Positions 25,522 to 34,319 of a stretch of 64,000 nucleotides of DNA are shown piece after piece. The position numbers and the translations under genes are program-made. The number at the start of each line of letters is the position of its first letter. Position 1 is the first letter of the stretch. The notes beneath the pieces are model-generated. The model ran no database searches. It was not told the origin of the DNA and was given only the letters and a program-made list of their open reading frames with translations. Origin of the DNA: a virus; the IMG/VR virus record IMGVR_UViG_3300027887_000007, positions 1-64,000 of that record; one strand, given 5' to 3'.

Positions 25522-26022
25522 TCAGGATGCGTCTTGCAGCCTCGGCTTAGGCAGACTCTTTACCGGAGCAAGGTCTACAGACAGCTCCTTCTTTCCGGAG
25601 TTCAAAGCTTCGGCCAGCTTTGCTGCTGCTACAACTTGGTGGTCAAGTCGTTTCTGACCGATAGGGTCAAGCCTGTCACGGTTTACCCATGGAAGGATCT
25701 TGATCGCCCTTCTAGTCTGCCTGATCTTCTGTTGGATCTTTGTCTCACCGTGGCTCAGGATCCCAGAAGGATCTAGCACCCTCACCCCCATACCGGGAGT
25801 CCAGACCATGAAAATCGCATTCTGGTGCTTCTGCGATGAGATCCACGAGTTTACGACCCCGTAGTACCTCGGAGATCCCCTCTTGTAACCGATCACCTTC
25901 TCAATCTCTTCGTGGGTGATGGTCCTTCCTTCCGTCAACGTCGGAACAGGGAACACATCGTTCAGCTTGGCGATGTCGACAGAATAGGGAAGACCATTTT
26001 TCCATAAGCTGATTCCAGCCAT
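25522..26022 (-). CDS. basic hypothetical protein upstream of the arrays
   Basis: AGGAGACC RBS; 166 aa. Confidence 0.75.
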   Translation of the reverse strand: MAGISLWKNGLPYSVDIAKLNDVFPVPTLTEGRTITHEEIEKVIGYKRGSPRYYGVVNSWISSQKHQNAIFMVWTPGMGVRVLDPSGILSHGETKIQQKIRQTRRAIKILPWVNRDRLDPIGQKRLDHQVVAAAKLAEALNSGKKELSVDLAPVKSLPKPRLQDAS

Positions 26023-26031
26023 TACGGTCTC

Positions 26032-28221
26032 CTATGTGTAGATTTGAACCGTCCCATTGCTTATGTGGATCCTCGAGTCTGCTAGATCCTGCAGCCGAGG
26101 TTGGTGAGCGATGAAGTAGACTCTTTTGAAGTGGCCGAGCTCCCGGGCTCTCCTGAGCATCTGGATGTACCGGGGTGCGTTGGCGTCGTCGAGAGCTCCG
26201 GTAACCTCGTCGCGGAACAAGGTCGACCAAGAGATCCCAGACTTGATGCGGTTGAAGAGTGCGATCCCTAGGCTTACCGCCTCCGAGACGATCACCTTCT
26301 CCCCGCCCGACAGGTCGTCGATCGAGCCCTGCCGGCCGCGCTCCGAATCAAGCACAACGATATCGAACTCGTCCTTGTAGCCGGATCCGTCCGCTTTCAA
26401 CTGCTGGGTAATGAAGCTGACAGAGAAGCGTGGGCCGAAGCAACTCAGGAGTAGGTCGTTGACGATTCCGCTTACGGCCGGTCCCGCCGAGTCGATCTCG
26501 AGCGACTGGATCCCGGTTGGTCCGAAGGCGGTCTCCAGAAGTTTCCACGACTTCGTGTGAAACTGGATTGCTCTGAGCTCGTCTGAAGCCTTCTGGTATT
26601 CGATCTCCGCGGCGTCGATGTATGAGATGGTAGACCTAGCCCTTCCGATCTCCTCATCCAGAACCGACGCTTGCTTTCTGACCGACTCAAGCTCTGCGGT
26701 TTTCCCCTGAACCTTCCTTGCTACCTGAGAAAGCAACCCAAATGACTTGCGGACGTTGTCCAACTCGTCTTGGGCCTCAGACTCCTCTTTCTGTACGGAC
26801 TCCAGCTCTGCCGCCCGCAGCTCCGACTCGGCAGACAACTCCGAGCGCAGCGTCACCGAACTTTCAAGTTCGCTGTGCTTCGATGCCAGAGCGGAGTTGT
26901 TCAGAACAATCGCCGATAGGCGCTTAACCTCAGACGAGGCTTTCTGGACATGTTCGTCTGCGACGGACAAGAGATCGGCGTTGAAGGGTGGGATGCTTCG
27001 GATCACATCGAGAATGGACAGCTTGAGTGCTGTCTTGTTGGCGTGGGCCTCATCCAGTTCTCCGATGTGTTCCTTGCTTTCGACGGCACGGACCAAGAAC
27101 TGGCAGGATGCGAACTCTCCCTCCGCGTGGCAGGGGACGGTTTCGATGAGGGCCGCGTCGGCCTTGGCTCTCTTCAGATTGGAATCAATGAGACCAAGGT
27201 CCCGCTCGGCGTCTGCCAACTTGTACTTTTGCTCCGAAAGTATCTCCGTGTAGTTGTTCTTCTGGACAAGAAGGTCTCTTCGTGTCGCATGGGCGTCTGC
27301 CAGCTTGGCCGTCCATAGCTCCATCTGCCCTTCTGCCTCAGCGACCGCTGCCTTCGCTTCGCGGATTCTTGCTTCGTTGTCGAGAAGGTCTTTGAGATCG
27401 CGCAGCTTCCGCTTGCACTCTGCAAGGCGGGTTTCGACGGCCCCCCGGCGCCGCTGGATCGAGAGTAGCTTAGACTTGGCCTCTGTCTCTGATTGGGTAT
27501 GGGCCTTGAGTTGATGGTATTCGACCTTCAGCTTCTCCAGCTCCGTCTCTACGGTTTGAATGGAGAGCTCAAGGGACGAACGGCCGGCCTCAAGAGACTC
27601 AAGATTGGGCCGCGGCGTTTCGCTCCTGCGCTCCGCGTCGGTCTGACGAGCAAGCGCTTTGGCACTGTCGATTCGGGCCGCATCGAAACGATCTTTCGCA
27701 AGGGAGGAGATTCTCTGCAGTCGCTCAGCGTCAATCATCCGGATGAAGAGTACCTTCCTGTCTGCCTTCGACAGTTCAAGGAAGCTGCCCCGACGGTTCT
27801 GAGCGGAGAACGCGCTGGCGAGGATGAGCTGGCCCCGGCCGCAAATCTTCTCGATACTCTCGTCGTACGGACCGACCTTGCCGTTGATCCCGGCTAACGG
27901 ATGAGCCCCTCCATCGACAAGGAAAGCTTCCATCTTCGAGCGCAGGGCGTCGATCGTGAGGATAGCGCTGTATTTGTCTGGGCCCATGCTGAAGTTGAGG
28001 ACCAGCTTGGCATCTTCTCCGTGGCAGTATTGGTAGATGCCGGCCGGGCGCGAAGGGAAGGAGCGATAAAGGGCGGCGAACACGCACTCCATGAGTGTAG
28101 TCTTCCCCGCCCCGTTTGCTCCCGTGACGGCGACAATGTCGCCCTTCAGCTTGGTAAAGTCAACCTCGGTGTGGCTGTTGAAAACGGTGACGCCGCGGAC
28201 AATCAAGCTATCAGGAATCAC
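26032..28221 (-). CDS. sbcC: SbcC/Rad50-like ATPase
   Basis: GANGAGKT, coiled coil, LSGGE, RDE..GALD, IAH. Confidence 0.9.
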   Translation of the reverse strand: MIPDSLIVRGVTVFNSHTEVDFTKLKGDIVAVTGANGAGKTTLMECVFAALYRSFPSRPAGIYQYCHGEDAKLVLNFSMGPDKYSAILTIDALRSKMEAFLVDGGAHPLAGINGKVGPYDESIEKICGRGQLILASAFSAQNRRGSFLELSKADRKVLFIRMIDAERLQRISSLAKDRFDAARIDSAKALARQTDAERRSETPRPNLESLEAGRSSLELSIQTVETELEKLKVEYHQLKAHTQSETEAKSKLLSIQRRRGAVETRLAECKRKLRDLKDLLDNEARIREAKAAVAEAEGQMELWTAKLADAHATRRDLLVQKNNYTEILSEQKYKLADAERDLGLIDSNLKRAKADAALIETVPCHAEGEFASCQFLVRAVESKEHIGELDEAHANKTALKLSILDVIRSIPPFNADLLSVADEHVQKASSEVKRLSAIVLNNSALASKHSELESSVTLRSELSAESELRAAELESVQKEESEAQDELDNVRKSFGLLSQVARKVQGKTAELESVRKQASVLDEEIGRARSTISYIDAAEIEYQKASDELRAIQFHTKSWKLLETAFGPTGIQSLEIDSAGPAVSGIVNDLLLSCFGPRFSVSFITQQLKADGSGYKDEFDIVVLDSERGRQGSIDDLSGGEKVIVSEAVSLGIALFNRIKSGISWSTLFRDEVTGALDDANAPRYIQMLRRARELGHFKRVYFIAHQPRLQDLADSRIHISNGTVQIYT

Positions 28222-29338
28222 TGGCTGCCTCCTCTTCTTCCAGCTGACGCAGCTTGTCGATCATGTCCGCTGCGGTAGGTTCGTCGGGTTTTGTCCCGGT
28301 CGCTTCCCAGTAGATAGTCAGTTTCTCCAGTAGACCCTCTGCGGCTACGATCTGGTTGGCGCGGACGGCATCGCGGGGACGGACCTGAGGCTCGATCTTC
28401 AGTTCCTTGACCTCGAGCTCAGTGAACCACTCCCTGAGACTGTCCTTGATGGCGTGAATGTCGTCCCCCTCCTCTAGCTTGACGAGGACCCGTACGAGGG
28501 CGCCCTTACATCTACTGTGGTCGAACTCACCCTCGAAACGGTGGTTTTTCCACTCCAGCTCTACGGAGAACCGGTCGATGGTGTTCAGCCTATGCCATTC
28601 AACGGATCCGGCGTCGGTGTCGTAGACGGTGAAGAATTTCTCCGGCTGCTCGCCGTAGTTCATGGCAACCGGACTGCCGTTGTAGAAGAACGTATCCCCT
28701 CCGATGCACTGGTGAAGGTGGATGTGGCCGAAGATCCCGCCGTCGAAGCCAACGTCGCGGAGATCCTCGACTCCCAGTGTGACGCCCTCCCCAATGAGAG
28801 GCTGACGGTTTTCGGCGATCGAGCCGGCGATGGTGATGTGGCTGACAAGTACATGCTTCATGTTCAGCCTCGCGTGGATGGAGCGCTGGTAGGCCAGATA
28901 CTCCAGCGCGAGCTGGCTCACGGTCACATCGCCTAGTCCCATCGACGCCTGCGGGTTCATCGCTGTCCATCCGCTCTTGGTGAACCACGGAAGGAAGTAG
29001 AAAACAACTCCATGATCGGCGTCGACGAACGTGAAAGGGTGCGATTGCACCTTGATCGTGTTCTTGGCTCTGATGAGCCCGAAGATGTCGAGATCGCCCT
29101 CAATGTCGTGATTGCCGTAGAGCAGGAAGACCGGGGCTACCCCAGCCAGTCCGCGGATCCGCTGCGCTGCCCAGTTCCTACCTTCGACGTCGCTCTTGCG
29201 GTCGAAGATGTCTCCTGTGACAACGATCAGGTCCACCTGCCGTTCCTTGAACTTATTCTCCATCTGGACGATGGACGAGCTTACCTCTTCGTCGAGACCG
29301 GCACAGAAATGCCAGTCCCCTGTTGATCCTATTTTCAC
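28211..29338 (-). CDS. sbcD: SbcD/Mre11-like nuclease
   Basis: GDWH, GDIFD, GNHD, GHIH metallophosphoesterase motifs. Confidence 0.9.
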   Translation of the reverse strand: MKIGSTGDWHFCAGLDEEVSSSIVQMENKFKERQVDLIVVTGDIFDRKSDVEGRNWAAQRIRGLAGVAPVFLLYGNHDIEGDLDIFGLIRAKNTIKVQSHPFTFVDADHGVVFYFLPWFTKSGWTAMNPQASMGLGDVTVSQLALEYLAYQRSIHARLNMKHVLVSHITIAGSIAENRQPLIGEGVTLGVEDLRDVGFDGGIFGHIHLHQCIGGDTFFYNGSPVAMNYGEQPEKFFTVYDTDAGSVEWHRLNTIDRFSVELEWKNHRFEGEFDHSRCKGALVRVLVKLEEGDDIHAIKDSLREWFTELEVKELKIEPQVRPRDAVRANQIVAAEGLLEKLTIYWEATGTKPDEPTAADMIDKLRQLEEEEAASDS

Positions 29339-29346
29339 GGGGCCTC

Positions 29347-30453
29347 CTAGATTAGGTCTCTCAGTGCCGGGAGTTTTCCAAGCGCGGCTTCGATCTGTCG
29401 AAGCGACTCGTCGGAAAGATCCTCAAGTGGCGGCTTGTCGGGGCTGAGTTGCGATCGGCTCATGCCCTTCTTCGCCGTGTACAGGTCTTCAATTCGACGG
29501 ATTAGCGCGTCCCGTGCCTCGCGGGCCTCGAGCGCTGCCAGATCGGCCTCGGTCTGTCTGCGCTGTTCTTCCTCCTCCTCTTCGGGAAGCGGGGGAAGGT
29601 TCAGCGGTTCGTCTACACGGACCGGAGGCAGGGTTGGAATCTGCATCCCCGGCCGTAGGTCTCCGGCTTCGAGCATGTGACGCGCCTTGTCCTCGTCGAT
29701 CCCTGCTCTCAGATATCCGAAGACGATATCTTCTACCTGCAGGGCCTTCGCCTGAAGGGCAAGCTGGATCAGCTTGTTGTCCACGTTCATGTCCGGAACC
29801 ATCTTCAGGATTACAAACGGTCGCTGGAGCTCTTCTGGTTTGTAAGACGACTGGATGCCGAGGATCCCGCGAATGACGCGATTCCTTGCCTTCGTGAAAG
29901 CCAGCTGGTCGATGTTCTTGCGGGCTTGGGCGAGCTCTAACTCTGAGCTGTACGACTTCGCCTGATCGGTGTCGTCGCGCAGATCCAAGTGGTACCCGTC
30001 GGTCAGTTCCCGGTAGGTCCCGTCCAGATCCATGATCTGAGCGCAGGCTTGATACTGGACGACCCGGGGGTCTGGAATCATGATCGGGTTGCCCCTTTTG
30101 TCGACTTTCCCGCTGTCGATCAGAACGTCGACGTCCATTTTCTTCGTCCAAAGCCACTTGAGCCCGGCCAGTTGTTGCAGCCGGCGCAGGGCATAGGTCG
30201 TAAGGGCGACCTTTGCGCTTTTCTTTGAGAAGTGGAATACCTCCCCGCTGTCCTCTATCGTGGAGATCATTGTGGCCCTGACGGAGACCTTCCAGCCGGG
30301 AGGAATGAAGTTCACGTCGGTACGACAGAATGGGTTCAGGATGTGAGCGTGGTCCCGGTAGCGAACAAGAGCAGACTTGAGTTGCTCTATATCGTTGATC
30401 AGCCCTAGGCTGCCGGGCAGTGGTTTGGCTACTGCGGTGTTGTTCTGTGGCAT
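29347..30453 (-). CDS. putative single-strand annealing/recombination protein
   Basis: AFTKARNRVIR...Y.PEEL pattern reminiscent of Rad52/RecT-type annealers; adjacent to sbcCD. Confidence 0.5.
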   Translation of the reverse strand: MPQNNTAVAKPLPGSLGLINDIEQLKSALVRYRDHAHILNPFCRTDVNFIPPGWKVSVRATMISTIEDSGEVFHFSKKSAKVALTTYALRRLQQLAGLKWLWTKKMDVDVLIDSGKVDKRGNPIMIPDPRVVQYQACAQIMDLDGTYRELTDGYHLDLRDDTDQAKSYSSELELAQARKNIDQLAFTKARNRVIRGILGIQSSYKPEELQRPFVILKMVPDMNVDNKLIQLALQAKALQVEDIVFGYLRAGIDEDKARHMLEAGDLRPGMQIPTLPPVRVDEPLNLPPLPEEEEEEQRRQTEADLAALEAREARDALIRRIEDLYTAKKGMSRSQLSPDKPPLEDLSDESLRQIEAALGKLPALRDLI

Positions 30454-30503
30454 AGCACCCTCCAAAAGAGTAACTTGGAATACTTCCCTAATCAGCAGAG
30501 GGT

Positions 30504-30547
30504 TACTCTACTGGGGGCTACTATACGCCCCCAGTAGAGTATGTCAA
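30504..30547 (-). promoter_or_regulatory. replication-operon promoter embedded in a perfect 15-bp inverted repeat
   Basis: Minus-strand TTGACA (30547-30542), 16 bp spacer, TATAGT (30525-30520); arms at 30504-30518 and 30527-30541. Confidence 0.75.
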
Positions 30548-30574
30548 CAGAAATTTACTGCGGACCGGATGGTA

Positions 30575-31045
30575 CTACTTCGGCTCCGGCGTACCTGCGG
30601 AAATCGCAAGGGATACTGCCTTGCTGGGTCCGACTTCGATGTCGAGGAATCCGGAGATTTCCTCGATGCCGGAGCCGAGGTCCGCATCGGCTGTGACGGT
30701 GACCCGGGCGGATCCGAGCGGCCCGACCGCGGTCGCCACAGCTGACAGCCCGTCAGTTGCGGCCACAACCTCGACGACTGCACTGTCGCTGCTCACCCAC
30801 ACCGGGGCGCCGTCGACCTTCGCCGGATTCCCTGCCGCATCCACAGGGGCGATCGTGAGAGCAACTTTTTCGATGTCCTGAAGTGGTAGTGCCATTCCTT
30901 GAACCCTCCAAACGACCTTGCCTGTGGACAGGTAGATCGCGTTGATGTTTAGAACCTGAGCCTTTGGGCGGCGCCTGCACTTGCAGACGTACTCCTCCAG
31001 CCCGACCAACTCCTCCATGGAATTGATTTCGATGAGTATCTTCAC
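30575..31045 (-). CDS. Ig-like (Big_2-type) domain protein
   Basis: VDAAGN..VWVSSDSAVVEV..G.A.VTVT. Confidence 0.65.
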   Translation of the reverse strand: MKILIEINSMEELVGLEEYVCKCRRRPKAQVLNINAIYLSTGKVVWRVQGMALPLQDIEKVALTIAPVDAAGNPAKVDGAPVWVSSDSAVVEVVAATDGLSAVATAVGPLGSARVTVTADADLGSGIEEISGFLDIEVGPSKAVSLAISAGTPEPK

Positions 31046-31764
31046 TGGGTCTTGAACGTCCCCGTTGCCTTCGTTTCCGTGGTTCCAACGAGATTGTACA
31101 CGGAGTACGAGTACACCTTGTTGGACGACAATCCTGTGATCCGGACATAGTGATCAGTGACCGCAACCCTGTCAATCACTAAGCTGACGAACGGACCTCC
31201 GGTGTACTGATACTCGATCCGTGTGGTCGCCGGAACATCGGTCTTCCACATCATCCGGACAGAATTCGTCGTCGCGTCGTAGGCAATCGGGCCGGTCACG
31301 GGAGCCTGGTAGGTCGGCGGCGTGGGGAGGATCGTCGACGCGACCTCGTTAGAGTACCCGCTTTCCTGACCGGCCGTGTTGAAGGCCGTCACCGCAAAGT
31401 AGTAGGTGCCGGTCGTAAAGCCAACGAAAGAGTAGCTGGGCTTTGACTTGTCGATCGTCGTCGGTGGGGTTTTGTAGGTCCGCGGCGCCGTCCCCCAGTA
31501 GACCTTGTAGCCGGCGAGATCAGTCTCTAGGTTGGCATCCCACGTCAGACTGATCGTGACGCTGGCCAACGCCATTGCTCTCGGTACTGCTGGCGTTGCC
31601 AGAGCCGTCGGGTTCTCAGGCGCCGATCCGAACACAGCCGCTACGTTAGCGGCACCGAGCAATCCCAATAGTAAAGAGCTTCTTGAGAACGCAGCCAAAG
31701 CCCCCCGGCTTCTTGACAACAGACTCGTAGAGGGCTTTGTAGTGGTCACGTTGTTGTCTGGCAA
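31042..31764 (-). CDS. fibronectin type III domain protein
   Basis: LTWDAN..DLAGYKVYWG..YYFAVTAFN..ESGYSNEV plus a second FN3-like repeat; hydrophobic N-terminus. Confidence 0.8.
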   Translation of the reverse strand: MPDNNVTTTKPSTSLLSRSRGALAAFSRSSLLLGLLGAANVAAVFGSAPENPTALATPAVPRAMALASVTISLTWDANLETDLAGYKVYWGTAPRTYKTPPTTIDKSKPSYSFVGFTTGTYYFAVTAFNTAGQESGYSNEVASTILPTPPTYQAPVTGPIAYDATTNSVRMMWKTDVPATTRIEYQYTGGPFVSLVIDRVAVTDHYVRITGLSSNKVYSYSVYNLVGTTETKATGTFKTQ

Positions 31765-32035
31765 GGTCTCTCTCCTGTATCGCTATCTGAGTTGCCTGTT
31801 TCTCGAGGTCGACGGTGCGTTGCCATGCGACCTTCTCTTTTTCGTAGAGGTCCAGCTCCCGCTGGATCACCTGCTGGAACTGGATGTTTGCTTCTCTCGC
31901 TGCCTTCAGCTCGTACAGCTGGCTCAGGACCCGTCGCTTCTCCCCTTCATTTAGGGGGGGACTTGGTGAGCTCGTCTGACACGGCGCGAATGGCACCATC
32001 AAGCTGATCAACAGGAACACTCGCAGCAACCACAT
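31646..32035 (-). CDS. putative o-spanin-like exported protein
   Basis: Signal peptide ending in Cys, coiled coil, overlaps the 3' end of the i-spanin. Confidence 0.5.
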   Translation of the reverse strand: MWLLRVFLLISLMVPFAPCQTSSPSPPLNEGEKRRVLSQLYELKAAREANIQFQQVIQRELDLYEKEKVAWQRTVDLEKQATQIAIQERDLARQQRDHYKALYESVVKKPGGFGCVLKKLFTIGIARCR

Positions 32036-32387
32036 CGCACTGCTCCCTCGAGGTTTGTGTCTGGGCAATGATCTTGTTCAGGGAATCTTTGATCGCCGAA
32101 CGGGCCCGGGTGAGCTCTACGGCTTGCAGCTGGAGGGTGTCCCTCTGCTTTGCGAGATCCTCCTGCTTCAGCTGGATCGCCTTCTCCTGTGCCTTCCATG
32201 TCTCCTGCATCTTCTTTTCCATGTCCTTCGCGCCGGCGACCCGGCCTTCCGAGACTCCCTGCTCGAAGGCCCGGTTGCTGTACCACCGAAGGAGGAGGAG
32301 AACGAGGAGGGCAATCCCGACGTATCCGATGATCTTCTTCACCGGCGCCGGTAGGCCTTTCCAGAATCCAAGGACCCACGTAATCAT
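31947..32387 (-). CDS. putative i-spanin (Rz-like)
   Basis: N-terminal TM helix plus long coiled coil, downstream of holin and lysin. Confidence 0.6.
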   Translation of the reverse strand: MITWVLGFWKGLPAPVKKIIGYVGIALLVLLLLRWYSNRAFEQGVSEGRVAGAKDMEKKMQETWKAQEKAIQLKQEDLAKQRDTLQLQAVELTRARSAIKDSLNKIIAQTQTSREQCDVVAASVPVDQLDGAIRAVSDELTKSPPK

Positions 32388-32392
32388 GGCGC

Positions 32393-32767
32393 TTAATCCC
32401 CGAACGGAAACTTGCTGACGATCCACTTGACGGCCGCGGGGGCGATCAGTTCCATGAGCGAACCTAGCAGGAAGGCGATCCCGTAGTCTAGCGGAATTGA
32501 CTGCAGGTAGTCACCGAAGAGCCACTCGATCCGGGTGATGTAGGCGCTGCCGAACACCCACACCACTCCGATCGTGGTCACCCAGCTGACGCCGTTGGCG
32601 ATCGACCCCTCAAAGAACCACTCAACGGTTGCGTCCTTCCATTCCCACGGATGCCCGGCACTGGTTGTTCCGGTTTTGTTCCCGTCGTATAAGTACTTTG
32701 CGTACTTGAAACCAAGGGTCAGGATCGCTCCCAAGATGTAGGAGAACCAGATGATCCCCTTAGACAT
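32393..32767 (-). CDS. putative holin
   Basis: About 124 aa, three hydrophobic segments, next to the lysin. Confidence 0.6.
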   Translation of the reverse strand: MSKGIIWFSYILGAILTLGFKYAKYLYDGNKTGTTSAGHPWEWKDATVEWFFEGSIANGVSWVTTIGVVWVFGSAYITRIEWLFGDYLQSIPLDYGIAFLLGSLMELIAPAAVKWIVSKFPFGD

Positions 32768-33179
32768 CGGCCCCTCCCGGTTCCCCACTGATAACGAGGA
32801 AAACCTTCCCGATCGAGAGCGCGGCTGCCAACTTAGCGTACAGGTCGCCAAACGCTAAGCGGCTCTCTCGAATCTCGTCTTTGCCCTTGGTCCTGCCGAC
32901 GAGGATACAACCTTCGGTGTCCGCAGCGGTGTTGCCGGAGTGGATCCGGATCCCGTCGAAGCACGGGACATTAAGAAGGAGCGGCATGAGGCGCTGGAAT
33001 CGGTCGGACCAGTTGATGACCACCTCGTACCGCCCCCGGGGAATGGCGGTCTCGCCGTAGACCTTTGGCCCGAACCTGACAACGTCTTCGAGCGTGAAGC
33101 ACTCGAACTGGCCGGCAATCGTTAGCTCGCCGATTGTACTTCGTTCTGTAAACTCTTTACGGCTTAGGTTTAGTTCCAC
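32760..33179 (-). CDS. DUF5675-family putative endolysin (L,D-transpeptidase-like)
   Basis: STIGEL, CFTLED, AIPxGxY, IRIHSGN..DTEGCILVG. Confidence 0.85.
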   Translation of the reverse strand: MELNLSRKEFTERSTIGELTIAGQFECFTLEDVVRFGPKVYGETAIPRGRYEVVINWSDRFQRLMPLLLNVPCFDGIRIHSGNTAADTEGCILVGRTKGKDEIRESRLAFGDLYAKLAAALSIGKVFLVISGEPGGADV

Positions 33180-33507
33180 TCCTTATCGCTCCCGTCGACT
33201 GCTTCAGGATCCCGTGCATGATCTCGTTGTTCTGGTGCATCAGGGCGATCAGTTCTCCGTGTTGCTGTGTCATCTGACCGAGGATACCATTCACTTGCCT
33301 AACGATCTCCGTGTTCGACCTGATGAGCTCCGCGTTGATTTGAACCTGCGCTTGGATCTCGTAGACACGACCGGCGCTTATCCTGTCGTGAGCGATCCCC
33401 AGAATTTGCAGGACAGCCATGATGACGAAGCCAACGATGATCGCCGACCTCCACCGCACGACGTTCAGGTACTCTCTAGCTTCTGGACTCAGTTTGGCTT
33501 CCACCAT
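33157..33507 (-). CDS. membrane protein with coiled coil
   Basis: One TM segment; TAATG coupling to the upstream gene. Confidence 0.65.
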   Translation of the reverse strand: MVEAKLSPEAREYLNVVRWRSAIIVGFVIMAVLQILGIAHDRISAGRVYEIQAQVQINAELIRSNTEIVRQVNGILGQMTQQHGELIALMHQNNEIMHGILKQSTGAIRSGTKPKP

Positions 33508-33755
33508 TAGCGCCTCCGGAGATACTCTATACCTATCACCGTAACGGTAGTAGCAATACCTGAGATCGCCCCCCAAAACCCAGACTTTAGCTTGGAAACG
33601 GCAAGCTCCAGCCGGAGTTCGTCGATCTGAGCGGACATCTTCTCATTGTGTTCCTGTAAGCTTTCCAGTTGCTTCAGGACGTACCGCGACCACTCCCTCC
33701 AACCGTTGTCGGTCCCGGTCATGATCGGCGAACTGATTCTGTCATCGTTCGGCAT
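33507..33755 (-). CDS. small coiled-coil membrane protein (holin/XhlA-like topology)
   Basis: Coiled coil then C-terminal TM helix; GGAGG RBS. Confidence 0.6.
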   Translation of the reverse strand: MPNDDRISSPIMTGTDNGWREWSRYVLKQLESLQEHNEKMSAQIDELRLELAVSKLKSGFWGAISGIATTVTVIGIEYLRRR

Positions 33756-34236
33756 CGAGCCTCCTCCAATGCTCAAGCTTTGGGCAGTCCAAGCAAGGCA
33801 TCGTGTGTACTCTCATCAGTCGTAGTACCAACCTGATCTCGTCGGCGGTTGCTGGCTTGTCTAGGACTATGAAAATCCCAAGCGTCTTGAGCTCAGAGAG
33901 AAGCTCCGCGTCTGGCCGCAGTTCTGTAGCGACAACGACCGGGGTGTGTGGATGATACCTTCTTATGAGTCTAGCGACGTCGACTCCCTCGCTGTCGTGA
34001 AGCGTCAGGTCCGTCCAGATGAAATCGAGCGGCCCGGACAACATGGGGATTGCATCCTTCGAGGTGCCGGCGACGTATGTGTCAGCCTCAACTAGATCCG
34101 TTATCGTCCTTGCGGACCTTCGCGCATGGGCCTCGTTCCGCTCCAGCAGTAAGACCCGAACCCGGTGTACCAAAGCGTTATAGATGTGCCGGAGCCTTAT
34201 TAGGTTCTCCCGGGTCTCGCCGAAGTCTATTTTCAT
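33742..34236 (-). CDS. CheY-like response regulator receiver domain protein
   Basis: RVLLLE, DFIWTDLTLHDSEG, PVVVAT, LDKP. Confidence 0.8.
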   Translation of the reverse strand: MKIDFGETRENLIRLRHIYNALVHRVRVLLLERNEAHARRSARTITDLVEADTYVAGTSKDAIPMLSGPLDFIWTDLTLHDSEGVDVARLIRRYHPHTPVVVATELRPDAELLSELKTLGIFIVLDKPATADEIRLVLRLMRVHTMPCLDCPKLEHWRRLDAER

Positions 34237-34319
34237 AGAGCTTAACCTCATGGAGAGCGGCAGAAGGGCCCGGACAGTTGAGCCGTGTCCTGACAATTCC
34301 CCCATTTTTGCCCCCCTTT

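Noticed and set aside
25163-25776. Several Ala/Arg/Gly/Pro-rich ORFs across the pentamer arrays
   Set aside because: They are stop-free by-products of the GGCNN period on both strands, with no RBS; the conserved unit is 5 nt, not a codon multiple.
27085-27135. Atypical SbcC zinc hook (CX8C)
   Set aside because: Hook spacing varies among phage Rad50-like proteins; not enough evidence of novelty.
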